Origin: Lepidodermella squamata
Taxonomy: Eukaryota > Animalia > Gastrotricha
DNA: 64,000 nucleotides
Assembly: GCA_047495785.1 (NCBI GenBank)
Contig: JBLDXI010000017.1
Location: 3,224,001-3,288,000 of the forward strand
Direction of reading: 5' to 3'
Below are positions 51,972 through 64,000 of this stretch, in pieces (position 1 is the stretch's first letter; the number at the start of each line of letters is the position of its first letter). Under the pieces are notes generated by a model that saw only the letters and a list, made by a program, of their open reading frames with translations, was not told where the DNA came from and did no database searches. The position numbers and the translations under genes are program-made.

Positions 51972-53551
51972 ATGGGAACACCCGTTCGAAATGTTGCGAG
52001 TGGACAACAGTCGATGAAAAACGCTATTGCATTAGCGGCTGAATCAGCTGTGAGTCCGCCTTTCGTGATAGAGTGGCGGCAAAATCGATCTCCCGACGTT
52101 ACGATATCTCCAGCAGATATCGGTAACAAGAAAGTTACCAGTATGCCATTGCGAAACTTGTGAAATGGGTTGCAAGCTTTTTTCCACTAGAACAGACCAG
52201 AGCAAGTATCGCGAAATCAAGGCGGAGCACCGCGTTCAACGAAACTCCTCATCATACTGCGCTGACTTCGACCGCTAAAAACGTTAATACTCCTGATGAC
52301 TTCGATGGACAGGTACCGGCCAAGAAGCCGAAACCTGTTCGGCTCGACACGGTTCGCGAACTAAGATGTAAGTAAATAGTATCTTTTTAGAATAGGTTAA
52401 CTTATCCTAGACCTAATTTTCAGCCGTAGTTAATGCTGCCAAAAAGCATCAACAGCAGCCACCGAGTTTTTCTCCCTCCGTGGAATCTCTACTACCATCT
52501 TCTGCCAGCAACAGGCGATATTCGATCGGCTACAACAACAACGATTCTTTGAATGATGATAGCTACAATCAAATGCTCAGTCAAATCGTCGATTCAGTTT
52601 CGAATTTCTCGGAAGAGCGATCTTCAAACCCATTTCGGTACGTTTGCCTTGCATGCGATTTATCCTCCGGCTAATGCTTTTACTTTATTCAGCTCTCCAA
52701 TTCAAAAGCATCAGCCTTACATGGCTCAACCTACACCATCTGATTCGGCCTTGGATTCGACAACCTCTACTCCGTTGCGCAGAAGCGTGAGAAATGCTGG
52801 GAAGTCAAGCAATGTCACTAAATTGCATGAATTCGACCAGGACGAAAATTTCGTCAAGCCCAATTCCGCGAAATCGAATCAAATGCAAGCGCCCAGTTCC
52901 TCGAGCTCCAATATCAAAGAAAAGGCTGTTCAGCCTGTTGTTAATATTGCTGAGGATGACGACGACGAGGATGATCTGGTATTACTAGCTGCTCTCGAAC
53001 AGGCGGAAGAATCAGTATCAATTGTCCCTCCTAAACCTGTTCAATTGAATCAGCAGCCTGCAACAAACCTTAATAACCAAGCTACACTCGTGTCATCTTC
53101 GCAGCAGAAGCGGCAGTTCACATTCGCGCCCAAAAACACAGGCCCAAGTCAGAATACTGTCAATAAACCGACTGCACCCCCTGTTTTACCTGTAAGAACT
53201 GGCAACTCGACGGTTACCAATATAGCAAATAGCCAAAGTTTCAAAGCACCCAATTCAGTAATCCCGAAGAATGGCCAAAACGCTAAACCTCTCGCGCTTT
53301 CATCTCAAGCATCGTCTTCATCTACCTCGTCTGCGACCAACGGTTTGACCTCCAGTCAAAAAGCTCAGATAGAAGCGAAACGATTGGCGGCTCTTTCGAA
53401 GCTTCATCAGAAAAATCCGAGCTCGTTTGTCGCTCCGCAACCCATGACTGGCAATGCAATGCCTTCCAGACCCGGCGCCCCTGCCATTACGGTGAACAGG
53501 GTGCATATGGGACCTCCGCGACCTCATAATGGATATAATTCCAAAGCATAG
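51972..53551 (+). CDS. Disordered protein with RPA-binding motifs; ETAA1-like candidate, 4 exons
   Basis: Three short GT-AG introns (first 52141-52190) join four ORFs in frame; motifs SP..IEWRQNRSP, DDDDEDDLVLLAALEQAE, LTSSQKAQIEAKRLAALSKL. Confidence 0.7.
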
Positions 53552-54664
53552 AATCGAGTTGTTATAGCTTACGTTTCAGTTCATGATGCTGATGAGTCTT
53601 ATTAATGGTTTTATGTGCACAGCTTACGTATTATTTTCAGCTATATAATTGGTGCGATTGCCATTTTACTTGAAAGCATGGTCATGTGAATCTTGCTCAT
53701 CATTACTCATTTTTACCGACCGATTTCATTATTTGTTGAAATTAAAAAGAAAAATAAACCAGAATTTTTTACGTGAAACTTTTATTTCGCTTTTTTCATT
53801 CATGACAGTAAAAGCAAGTCAGGCAATCATTTCCATTCAGAAACACGCAATTGCACCTTGGCGCTCATCGGACATCACTGTTTCTTCTATAAATTCACGA
53901 TAGGTAGATTTTCATGACAGCAATCTATCGAAGACAGATAGATGTTATAAGGCTCGTTTGTACGTATCATAAGTTCAAATAACTTGGCAAGTGAAACATG
54001 CAAAGTTTAGTTATCCGGATGATGATAATAGCTTCTCACGTGACGATTGTTACTAGGGCTATGACTTCAATTAGAATAGTTGTTGTGGTCTGGATACAAA
54101 GCAATGTTTTCCTATTTTGTCTGCTGCAAATTGGAGTTCAACGATGCGGTTTCGATTCGGTAAACATTCAGTGACTGCTTCATAAATAATTATTATTTCG
54201 GTAAGACCAGAAAAGAGGTATAAGCCCTTAGATGCCAGGCAGGGATAAATTTCAAAGCTGAATGCAGCTACTTATGACTCTCGAAATTTAAACAAACAAG
54301 AAAACAACAGGCGCTGTCATGCTCATCCATCGAGCATATGCCGACTCGGCGTTCTCTCGCGCGAAATATAATCGATTTATGAATATATTTATAATTTCGA
54401 ATAATTCTGCTGATAAGTAAAGTATGAAAGTACACAAAACGCCGATTAGAGATACGTATGGAATAACAACTAATATACAACAATGTACATTGATAATTTT
54501 ACAAATAAGGACGCACAACGTTAGTAGAACGGCAAAAGTATCATCTCCGCGATTAGCCAAAATTAAATCTGCTAATTTTTTAAACAAGATCTAGATAAGA
54601 CCCTTCAAGAGGATGCTTTAAATCATTCACCAGCATTCAACGTCAATCACGGTCGGGGTTGGCT

Positions 54665-55838
54665 TCATACACTTCCGCGGGCTTGTTGAGTACTGACAAA
54701 GCTCACGACGGTTTTCGGCTTTTTGGCGACACTTATAGAATCGCTCGAGTGTACGATGATCTGCGGTTCTCCGGAGCCAGAACCCTCCAAGATACCCGCA
54801 ATCGAAGGAGGCGCGACTCTGAACACATGACCGTTAGAGAGCAGGAGGCCGCCAGAAGCATGGACCTGTTGCTGATGCTGTTGTGATTGATGGGTCGGCT
54901 GCTGCTGTTGAACCGGCTGTAGGGTAACTGATTGGTAACGTTGCTGAGAAGCAGCCTGAGAAGATACCGATCCCTCTTGAGGCGTTTGCTGATGCTGACG
55001 TTCCAATTGCTTTATTTGTTGATCAAGCAGCGCATTCTGTCGGCGAAGCTCGTCAACCTCTTCATTCAAAGACGATGTTTTCCGTTTGATTGCTTGAATG
55101 TATTCCCCAGCTTTTCGGAGAATTTGCGAACGAGATACTTTCTCTCCAACCATACTTGGAATAGCGTCTCTCAAGCCGTTAAATGATGACTTTATGTGCT
55201 CCCTCCGTTTTCTTTCGAGCGAGTTGTGATGTGCACGCCGATCAGCCTAATTTTGAAAATGCCACCGATAATTAAGAGACAAAGTCAATTAATTTCAAAC
55301 CAACCATTGTCAACTGAGCAGAACCAGCCGGGATAACTAATGAGTTAGAAGCTGCAGCAGCAGATGAATTATATGAATTTCGATTGCCCGAAGAACCCAT
55401 TGTGAGAGAAGATAGCAACCCGCTATTAGACTTTCCCGATCGTTTTACGACAGAAGAGGTCGAGTAACTATCGTTGGACAGAGAAGAATCAGCACCATGA
55501 CCACTGATTCCTTCATCGGATTGCTTAAAATTTGAACCATATCAATTTGATCAACAGTAACTAAAGAGCAGTAGAATGCTTACGTTGCTTTCGAGATCAT
55601 ACTCATCATCGTCGTCATTTTCATCTTCGTCTCCGTGAAGCTTCATACTGTTGCTGTAGTTGGCACGGGTTGTGGCTATCACAACAGGCCCTGTGAAACT
55701 GTCCGATATAGCTCCGTTTGATGAGACAACACCGTCTCCTCCCGAAGAGAGGCCATGCAGAATACCGATGTTATCGTTCGACAACAAGCTGTTGTTGTAA
55801 TTGTGCTGCAAAGTCGTATTACACATGAGTACTCCCAT
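54665..55838 (-). CDS. MAX: MAX bHLH-LZ transcription factor, 3 coding exons
   Basis: [47 protein letters not shown], zipper [17 protein letters not shown]; start codon uncertain. Confidence 0.9.
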
Positions 55839-57601
55839 AAACGAGATAATCAATAAAAATATACCTCCTTCTCGTATTTAAGGCGATCAAGTTTCAGACG
55901 CGATGACGGAACAGCGTCCATTTTTAAATGTTTAACATCCACTATGATGGTTTAAAATAGCTTTTATAAGTTTACTTCCATTAAAGAACTCAATAGATGC
56001 GCAATAACAGCAAGGAACAAGGAAGACATCTCAGACCTTACTGCTCCTCCTACGATCAGGCAAGTGAAGGTTGGACAAAGGAAGGTGTTACGGCACCCAT
56101 CACAATTCCATGACACCTCACACCATAGCCCAATTGTCTTCAACTAGGAAAGAAACCTAGTAGTTACTTAGTGGGTACTTATTCAACAGAAAAAAATAGA
56201 AAAAAAATCAGTGACACGGGAAAATGACGATGGAATGAAAAAACTGGCGCCTCCAGGTGATCACTATCTCACGCATCCATATCCCTCCATCTTACCTGTT
56301 ACCTGAGTCACGTGTGATGACAGCACTTAGCACTCAGATTGGTAACCGCAATTCACACGCCGCATAACGACGATGGAAAGCACGTGGATGTGAAAAGCAG
56401 CATGGTTATTGTTTCCCTTTAACCTTGCTCATTCAATAATTTTTACGAAACAATATTTAATACAAATTTAAAATAATGAAATAAAAATAATAAAATAATT
56501 TCGATTCATGCTCGCAAGATGCTGCATTTTTCCGCAGGTTTAAATTTTTTTATTTTCCAAAACACTGCTGCAAAGGCCGCCGGATTTACTGAATATTGCA
56601 AGAACTTGTATTAAAAATTGGCAATATTAAATAAACATTATTTTTCAATATTTATTTGTAAAATAATTTGTGCCGGAATCGTTTAAAGGGATTCTGTCAT
56701 TATGAGAACAAGGGCAATTCCTTAAAAGGTACCGCCGCGACACCTGCCGGTCGCTGATTTTTTTGCGCTCATACAACTGTGGTTCATAAACTGAACTTAT
56801 TAGCTTTTGTCAGCCGATTTTGTCTAGGCTAGTCCGTCTGTTTTTCTTGATTTTTTTCCCGAAAGAGCTCGAACCGCTTGAATCTCTAGTATCTCTAGAA
56901 TCCAAATTATTTCCATTTGAGACCGTCCGCAAGAGAAAAGTGAGGTAATTAACATAAATTGTGGTGCGATGACTCACGATCATAAAACAATTTTTTCTGG
57001 GCTTTTTAAGCCAAAACACCAAATCACGGCTTTTCTTGCGGACGGTCTCATTTGTTTGCCGCAAGGTATGGTATAGTTTTCCGAATACCGGGTATCGTCC
57101 GGACAACGGGTATCCGGCACAGGCGTTAACCGCCCTAATACAAACTTGTTACTCCACTCCATCCAACAGAAAAACTGAAACATGCGAAGAGCGGCCGGTA
57201 TTTTAAGTTATAGCTAGATATTTAAATGTGTTAATTTGGGCTGAAGGCTGAAAATGTGTTCGTATTATCAAGTATTATGCTCAATGCGCATTTCATTCTA
57301 GCATTGTTAGCTGTAAAAAAATCATTTCCTAACTCCATCTATCTTGGCGAACTGTTAATTTCATAGAGTGTTTTAGATCTAATTCTGCCCAACTCGTATC
57401 TGAAATCAACTGGAAATAAATGTTAAATTGCTTACGTGGCTCTTATTCCCTAATCCATATTCCCCTTGAATTATTTGGGGTATGAGGTGCTATAAGCACA
57501 GAAAGCACAGAAAACTCTGAATCGTACGACTTCCGTCATTCGTGGCCGAGAAACCTCGATTTCAAACTTAAAGTGCTGATTTTTCACATAGTTTTATTTT
57601 A

Positions 57602-60600
57602 ATGGCTCAATTTCAGTCACCTAATAAATGGTTGCCGTTGCTGCCGTATAAAGATAAACTCTACCAGGATAGCGATGAATTCTTGAAGTCGATTCTTCAT
57701 AACTTGGCTCTTTCAATACGACGAAGAGACCTTAAGGTTTCCGGCAGCTTTTACATCAGTCAGCTTCAAAGGTACGAAAAAGGACAATTTGCGATTATGG
57801 ATTATGGAATAAAAAATTATTGTTTTTAGATACTACAATCTCTTCCATTTGCGGTTTTCGAAAGAAACGCACATTTCGATTATCAAATTGCTTTATGAAG
57901 TTATCACTTTTCCAAATTTGGAGTTGGTGATAGTGCTAAGGGCATGTAATCTACTATCTGCATTACTGAAGTAAGTAACTTATTGTGATGACGACAATTC
58001 ATTCTATTTTCTTCAATGATTTCTAGGAAGAAAAAGCTTATTACCAGGAATGATCTTCAGTTGGAATGGCGACCACTCTATCAGCTGTGGCGTTTCGTTG
58101 ATTACTCAACGTTTGAAACTTGTGGGCTAATTTACGTGCCCAGTGATATTACGAAGCACGTGAAAAACCTCGTCAAAGCTTGCCGAAGCTATTTTCCGCT
58201 TGAGGCGACCCGAGAGATGCTCGAGGAATGGCGCCCTTGGCTCTGTCCTTACGATACAAAAATGCAAGATGCACTGACTATGATGGATGCCTTCTTGCCA
58301 ACCGACCTTCCTCCAGAACTAGGAAAAATTCATGGATATGGATTATGGCTTGATGAGATAGTTCGGTATTGGTTGACAGTACCATCCAAATTTGGCTGGC
58401 ACTCTCAAGTCATTACTATATTGTCCCGTCTTGCATGGGAGTTATGTGGCTTGATATCCTGGCTCCCATACATGGATTCTATCTTTTCTGATTTGCTATG
58501 CAGCTTTTCCATTCCAGTTGGTAGGTCAAGTGCATTTGAGATTGTGGACCCATATTTAAAATATAATCATAACAGGAACATCGCAGCTAAATGTCACGGT
58601 CAAAGGTCATACCAGCGAACCAGAGACGTTGGCTTACTTCTTATCAGCATTATTAGGTCCACATAGTGATGGTCAAGTTGCCTTCAATCGCCTAGAAAGG
58701 CTTTGCGCTGCAATCAGTACTCATCTCCACCCGTCGAATAGCGGTAAATGGCAGCAAACGATTGTCACATTTCTAGAGCGATTGACTCAGCTGATTTGCA
58801 TGCGGTGGCGCAGAGAGAACCATTGCTCTGACGAGAAAAACTGGTGGTTTGATTATACTCCAGTAGAGGCTCGCCTGACTCAAAAATGCATGGAGCGGTT
58901 GGCAAAATTATTGTTGCCATTGGCAGAATGCGCTGCGTTCTCCAAGTCCGTCCAATCCGACGTTGCTGTCTCACCTCTTGTTAATCTGCTTCAAATGTGC
59001 CCGCATATTGTTATGCCTACAGTCCTCGCCAAGTAAGATTATTCTATTGTTGGAATTTTACATTCACCAAGCCCAATATAAAATATAGCCTGGACTCCTC
59101 ATTGGAGACTTTAACCGAGCCTCATCGACTTTACTCATGCCTTCGAGTTGCCTCTAGTGCCGTCGTTTATTTGGCTTCAGACAAGTGCTCAAATGGCTTG
59201 CAAGTCTCTCCACAAGGTCTCCCGCCTCCTGGGCGGCACATCATCATACCCTTACTCTTGTCGCTACTACCTGGCCTTGACCCGAACGATTTGCGCAAAA
59301 CATATGTATGCTTGTAAATTCTTCCGTGCTCAAGTTTTATTTGATTTTTTTGCAGCTATGTGGTCAAATATTGGCTTTGGTCGTCATGCAAGTTCCCCTT
59401 GTTGACTGTTCACAAGCCACCTCATCCGACGGTTCTTCGGCTGAATTGTTGCAAAGCACTGCTCAGTTTGAGGAGTTCATAACTTCTTTCATGGATAAGT
59501 TCTTCCAACTTGTCGAAGCCGTTGCTCACAGCTCTATCGGAAGCGCTTCTCCTGCAGCGGGCGAACGGCAGTCGATTGAGGAACAAGCTCTTGAAGAAGG
59601 ACTGACGCCTCTCTTGGCTTTAGTAGTTGGCCAAGCGGACGACCGACTGAAGCAGACCGCGGTCGATTATCTTTTCCGGTGGATAATTGAACATCGACTA
59701 GACGCCACTACCAGCGGACGAATCATTGCAAAATTGTGCCAAGCAACTGCATCAGCCGCCCAAGCTATATATGTCAACCGATTTGTGCCATTCTTGATCG
59801 ACAAAGTGGAAGACTATTTCAATGAGCGACCAGGCTTGATGGAAGAGGAGAAACTTGACAACGATTTGTTATGGTTTTTGGCCATTCTTTCTCAGTCGTG
59901 TGCCGTTGATGGAAAGCTCATCCTGCGTCACATCGATGGCATCAAACGGGTTTTGCGACTTACCTTGCTAGCTCGATGCCGAAAAGCATCGGCCATCTCT
60001 GTTGCCATGCTTCGACATGTGCTGAAAGCTCTTACCCGGGAATATCCGATGGAAACCCGAAGCTTGGAGACTGGTGAAATGGAGAAAACTATTGCTGGCT
60101 CTGCGAATTATTGGGGTTATTTCTACCGCCTCAATGAAGTGAACATCAAGTGGCATGTTCCGAGCGAAGAAGAGTTCGCAGCAGCTAAATCACTGATTGA
60201 CGACTTGTTTGTGCCTAGTTTGGACTGGCTGGAAAGCTTTGCGTCCGGGCAGTTCAACGGCTCAGTTCGCCGCGAAGTCCTCGAACAACACATTCGCGTT
60301 ATTAGGTCTTTCGTTCGTAGTCTTGGGCCGTTCCTCCCATTTTGGTCTGCTACAGACAGTGAACCAGGCACTGAAGATGTAGAGCCGTTAGCCAACCTGG
60401 TTGAATCTGCTGTGCCTATGGAGACCTGGCCCATACATGCAGGTTACGATCCGCCGCATACGGCAGCGATGTTCTTACTTCGCGGGAAAAACTTGCGCAG
60501 AACTGTTTTGTTGTTGGCTCACCGACTCATCGAACGCATCCGAACTTCTCACGCCGATTTCGCTAAGCCGCTCATTGAGATCATCGGTCTCATTGAAACT

Positions 60601-63600
60601 ATTCTCTTGGACGGCGGTCAGCAGAAATCAGGTCGAACAGACACTGCTCTGCGTGTCAACGACATGATGTCAAGGTATATGCAGCCTTTCATGCCTCAAC
60701 CAAGCGAGCCGAGGCGCTATCACCGCCTGTGGCTGATCGACCGCGTCGACGTGCAGCATCAGAACATTGTTTCGAACAGCAGACCGCGGATATTCTCGCG
60801 TCTCCACGAAACTGCTATGTTGAATTTGTATCGTCTATCAATGCACACGTACAGTGAGGTGAGAAAGGCCTCACAATCCGCATTGCACTGCTCTCGGGCT
60901 GGTTATCCTTACTCATATCGATGCATCATGGATCCGCTGTGTGACGTTCTCCGAAGAAGTGGCGATTTGACCGACAGTCCATTTGCTCATCTTGCGGGCG
61001 ATGCTGACCCAGATAACAGGCTGAAAGGTGCTTTGTACGACATTCTCGGCTCGGCAGATCAGTGTCTCGTAACGAAGCGCTCCTGGCAAGTGTTAGCCGA
61101 GATTTTACCGTTGTTGATTGAACTTCGCTTGCCTGAGAAACCGTCGCTGCAAGACCTGATAGATAGAATCGTCGACCGATTTGACTCGACTTTCGAGACA
61201 TTCACCCTCACGATGAGCCATCCAGACCGGCTGGTCGATGCAGCCGTTGCGCTCGCACCAGAAGTTGCCAAAGATCCGTTCGATGCGTTTGAATTCGAAA
61301 AACGCAACAACGATTCATGGAAAGGCTCTTATGACTTGCTAAACTCCCGCCTTGCGACGATTCTCGCCAACCCGGCTCTCCCAAGCCGTGCCTTGTTGAT
61401 CGGGCTCGATTTCTTCCGATATTTGCTGCGTTACGATACGCCATGCCCACCCGAGTTGGTGGATGTCGTGTTATCGAGGGCAATCGGAGACACCCCGCAA
61501 CAAGTAACTCTGTGCCTTGATGCGTTGTTGTCGATTTGTCGGCAGATTCGTCGTCGGCCTTCGAAGATCCCCAAGTTATTCAGCGAGACAAGTAAAACTA
61601 ACCCGAAGTTCCAATCGGGCGAAAGACCTGATAACCAAGCGTTCCTCTACAACCCGGCCCAGTCGGAAATCACGACTCTTGAGCAGTGGGAGTCGCAAAT
61701 TTTCATCGACAAGACCTACATTGGTTTCTCTTGTTGGTCGCCAAATCTCGGAGTGTACACCGGTGCAACTACTCTACCGCCTCTCCGCGACGAGAAAGAG
61801 ATGTCACCGACTGAGCATCTGCTCTACTCCTATTTCTGCGGCGGTGGCAAGACAAATGGAACGCCCTCGACCGCTTACCTTCGAACTTTCATCGATCGAA
61901 TTGTTCACCAGGTGCATGCTGGCGATGGCATGACCTTCTTGTGGAAGGTGGTCTACATTTTCAAAACCCTACTTCGAATGTTTTACCCTGTGTTGTTGGA
62001 ACCGGTTCTCGATGAAATCGATCGACTGTTAACTGACGACCAGCCATCGTCCGCTCCCTGCTCGCAAGCGACTGCTGCAGAGTTGTTCGCTGCTGTGATC
62101 AGAGCGTCGAAATTCTGGCCCTACGACGTCATCAAACGAGCTTCAACTCGTCTTATCAGTTCGCTGGAAGTAGCTCTTCGCGACATGACCGCTGATTGGG
62201 AAGACTGCTGGATCAGCTGTTTCTCGACGCTAGCTGTAAGTTACCCGCAATTGATAGCAATAATACGAGAAGAATTAAGGTGGTAGCGTAAGGAATGTAG
62301 CCCGCTGAAATTTCAGACGCGGTTGTTGATGATGATGTATGTTGTTGATTTTGCCCTGCCTTACGTTATGTTAGTCATTTGAGCGATTGTACCGACGATT
62401 CGGTCGTTTGAATCGACACCGAACGATGACGACGCTCATGTCGTTGTCAGCGCGAAACGTTGGCCAACGCCTCGCGCGGGCAATGGGCGGTCGCAGCGGA
62501 CGCCAGGCACAGTTGTTGCGGCGCAGAATTGACGCGTCAACCAAGTCGGTGCACAGCGGGCTCCGGTGCAAGTACTTTGGCATGGTGGCGGTACGTCCTT
62601 CCTTGCTACTTGTTGTCTACGTTCATCATCTTCATGAAATTTATGCTTCGCGCCGCATCTTTTCGGAATTTTGGGTCGCCTAAAACTTGAAAATTCCTAG
62701 TTACATTCATTTATGCTAGTAAAATTCCAGCAGCTTCCGTTTTATTCACCACTTGATTATTTTTAAATTATTTATAATTTGTTATTAAGGGGGATTTAGA
62801 CCCTCGCCGAATCAATTGGTTGATTCAGTGGCTGCTGAATGATTGGCAGAACGGCAGTGCCACGTCGTCGAGTTCCGAGCGTTCGGCGGCTGCCGAGGCA
62901 ACCCGGCTATCACTCCTGCAATCCATCGTGGAACAAACTGAGTGGCGGGCTCCTGCTCTGAAGGCGCTGATGTTCAATAAGCTCATCGCAGGCACTTCCT
63001 CGCCGTACAAAACAGTGCGTCACCGCGCGGGTCAATTCATCGCCAGTATTCTCACCACAGATCCTACCTGGTTTTCTGGTGCTAACTCGATCAGTGTGCT
63101 GCCAACCTGGGAACTCCTCTGCAAACAAGTCGGTGTCCCGATGGCTGAATGGGTCTCAAGTATCGGCTCATCCTCCAGTTCACAAATGCAAGTCGACGGT
63201 GTTGTTACGAGTGCAGAAGCTGTTAAACAGGCAATTTTGACATCCCCGGAATTCTGCCGATGCAAATTACTGATGGAAGTCATTAACGCAAGTGTTGGTG
63301 CTGTCGTCACCAAGATCCCGACATGTCTCCTCGAACTGATGCCTACATTTGTCGCCCTGGATGCAATCGCTATCGGCATCGACGATGAGCTCAGAACTCT
63401 TGCAATAACCAGCAGTGGTGAGATTTTTTAAATTTAAATCCAATTCTGGTTTTACGAAGTTATGAAATTTAGCAATTCTTGGCATGGGCCGCTTGAATGG
63501 CGATGAGTTAAAGGCCAAAGCCTTGGATATTATCGACTCACTGTGCAGAAACCACCCGTCATGGCAAACACGTCGCCAAGCTCTTTGTGTGCTTCAGGTA

Positions 63601-64000
63601 ATTTTATACTTAGCAAATTTTTCCGGATATTCATTTCATTTTATTTTCCAGGTCTCTGTTTTTCACAATTTGTACGAACTGTCGATTACGTCGACATCTG
63701 CTAACAAGATTTGCACACTTCTTGTCGCGTGTTTGGATGACTCGACTGTCGAGGTGCGTGAAATGGCGTCAGTAACCCTCTCCGGGCTGTTGCAGTGCGG
63801 TTTCCTGAAGCCTACCCAGGAGCTGGTGACATCTTTCCACGCGGCCGCGCGTACCAGCGTCGGTCGGATCGGCGAGGCCAATCGTGACGCGGCGATTCGC
63901 CGACGCCACGCCGGGGTCCTCGGCTTAGCAGCTATCATCACGGCGTTCCCGTATTCTGTTCCCAAATTTCTGCCTTCAGTATTGATTTCGCTCACCGATC
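57602..64000 (+). CDS. PSME4: Proteasome activator PA200 (PSME4), 3' end beyond the window
   Basis: LLPY, LEWRPLY, EMLEEWRPWLCP, HPSNSGKW, LTEPHRL, LLPGLDPND, DPRRINWL, VEVREMASVTLSGL, RRHAGVLGL, FPYSVP. Confidence 0.95.

Noticed and set aside
57075-57140. Short ccgga/gggtatc palindromic repeats
   Set aside because: Resembles a DNA-transposon subterminal remnant, but no partner end was found
1-64000. tRNA, rRNA, SL RNA, hammerhead ribozyme, CRISPR or prokaryotic systems
   Set aside because: None recognised by eye; CTGATGA hits lack the rest of the hammerhead core; a covariance-model scan is needed to exclude small RNAs

Overview
Gene-dense 64 kb of a compact animal (invertebrate) nuclear genome, not a prokaryote. 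About 24 protein-coding genes carry roughly 64 inferred, mostly 45-65 nt spliceosomal introns, so the ORF track is fragmented into exons. In order: DEGS-type desaturase, two tandem orphan membrane proteins, a degenerate GMDS-like protein, an SLC7 light chain, FLAD1, MCM8, an ankyrin/SOCS-box protein, TEFM, three D-aspartate/D-amino-acid oxidases, a serine palmitoyltransferase small subunit, a LOTUS-only protein, AGPAT5, KRI1, CCDC17, TBP, an aminergic GPCR, GTF2A1, RPS19, GTPBP4/NOG1, an ETAA1-like protein, MAX and PSME4 (truncated by the window end). Most notable: (1) runs of unrelated co-oriented genes only 95-160 bp apart, with unpaired 3' splice acceptors before the ATG, suggesting SL-trans-spliced operons; (2) a divergent ETAA1-like candidate ATR activator recognisable only from three short motifs; (3) an oxidase triplet diverged in both active-site arginines and peroxisomal targeting; (4) a GMDS pseudoenzyme; (5) a two-LOTUS, Tudor-less protein; (6) frequent AAG acceptors; (7) 7-bp tandem duplications clustered at promoters, a MITE with a telomere-like core, and a short RTE-type LINE insertion with a 15-bp TSD. 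All homology calls are by eye from recalled family motifs; no searches were run and the taxon cannot be fixed.
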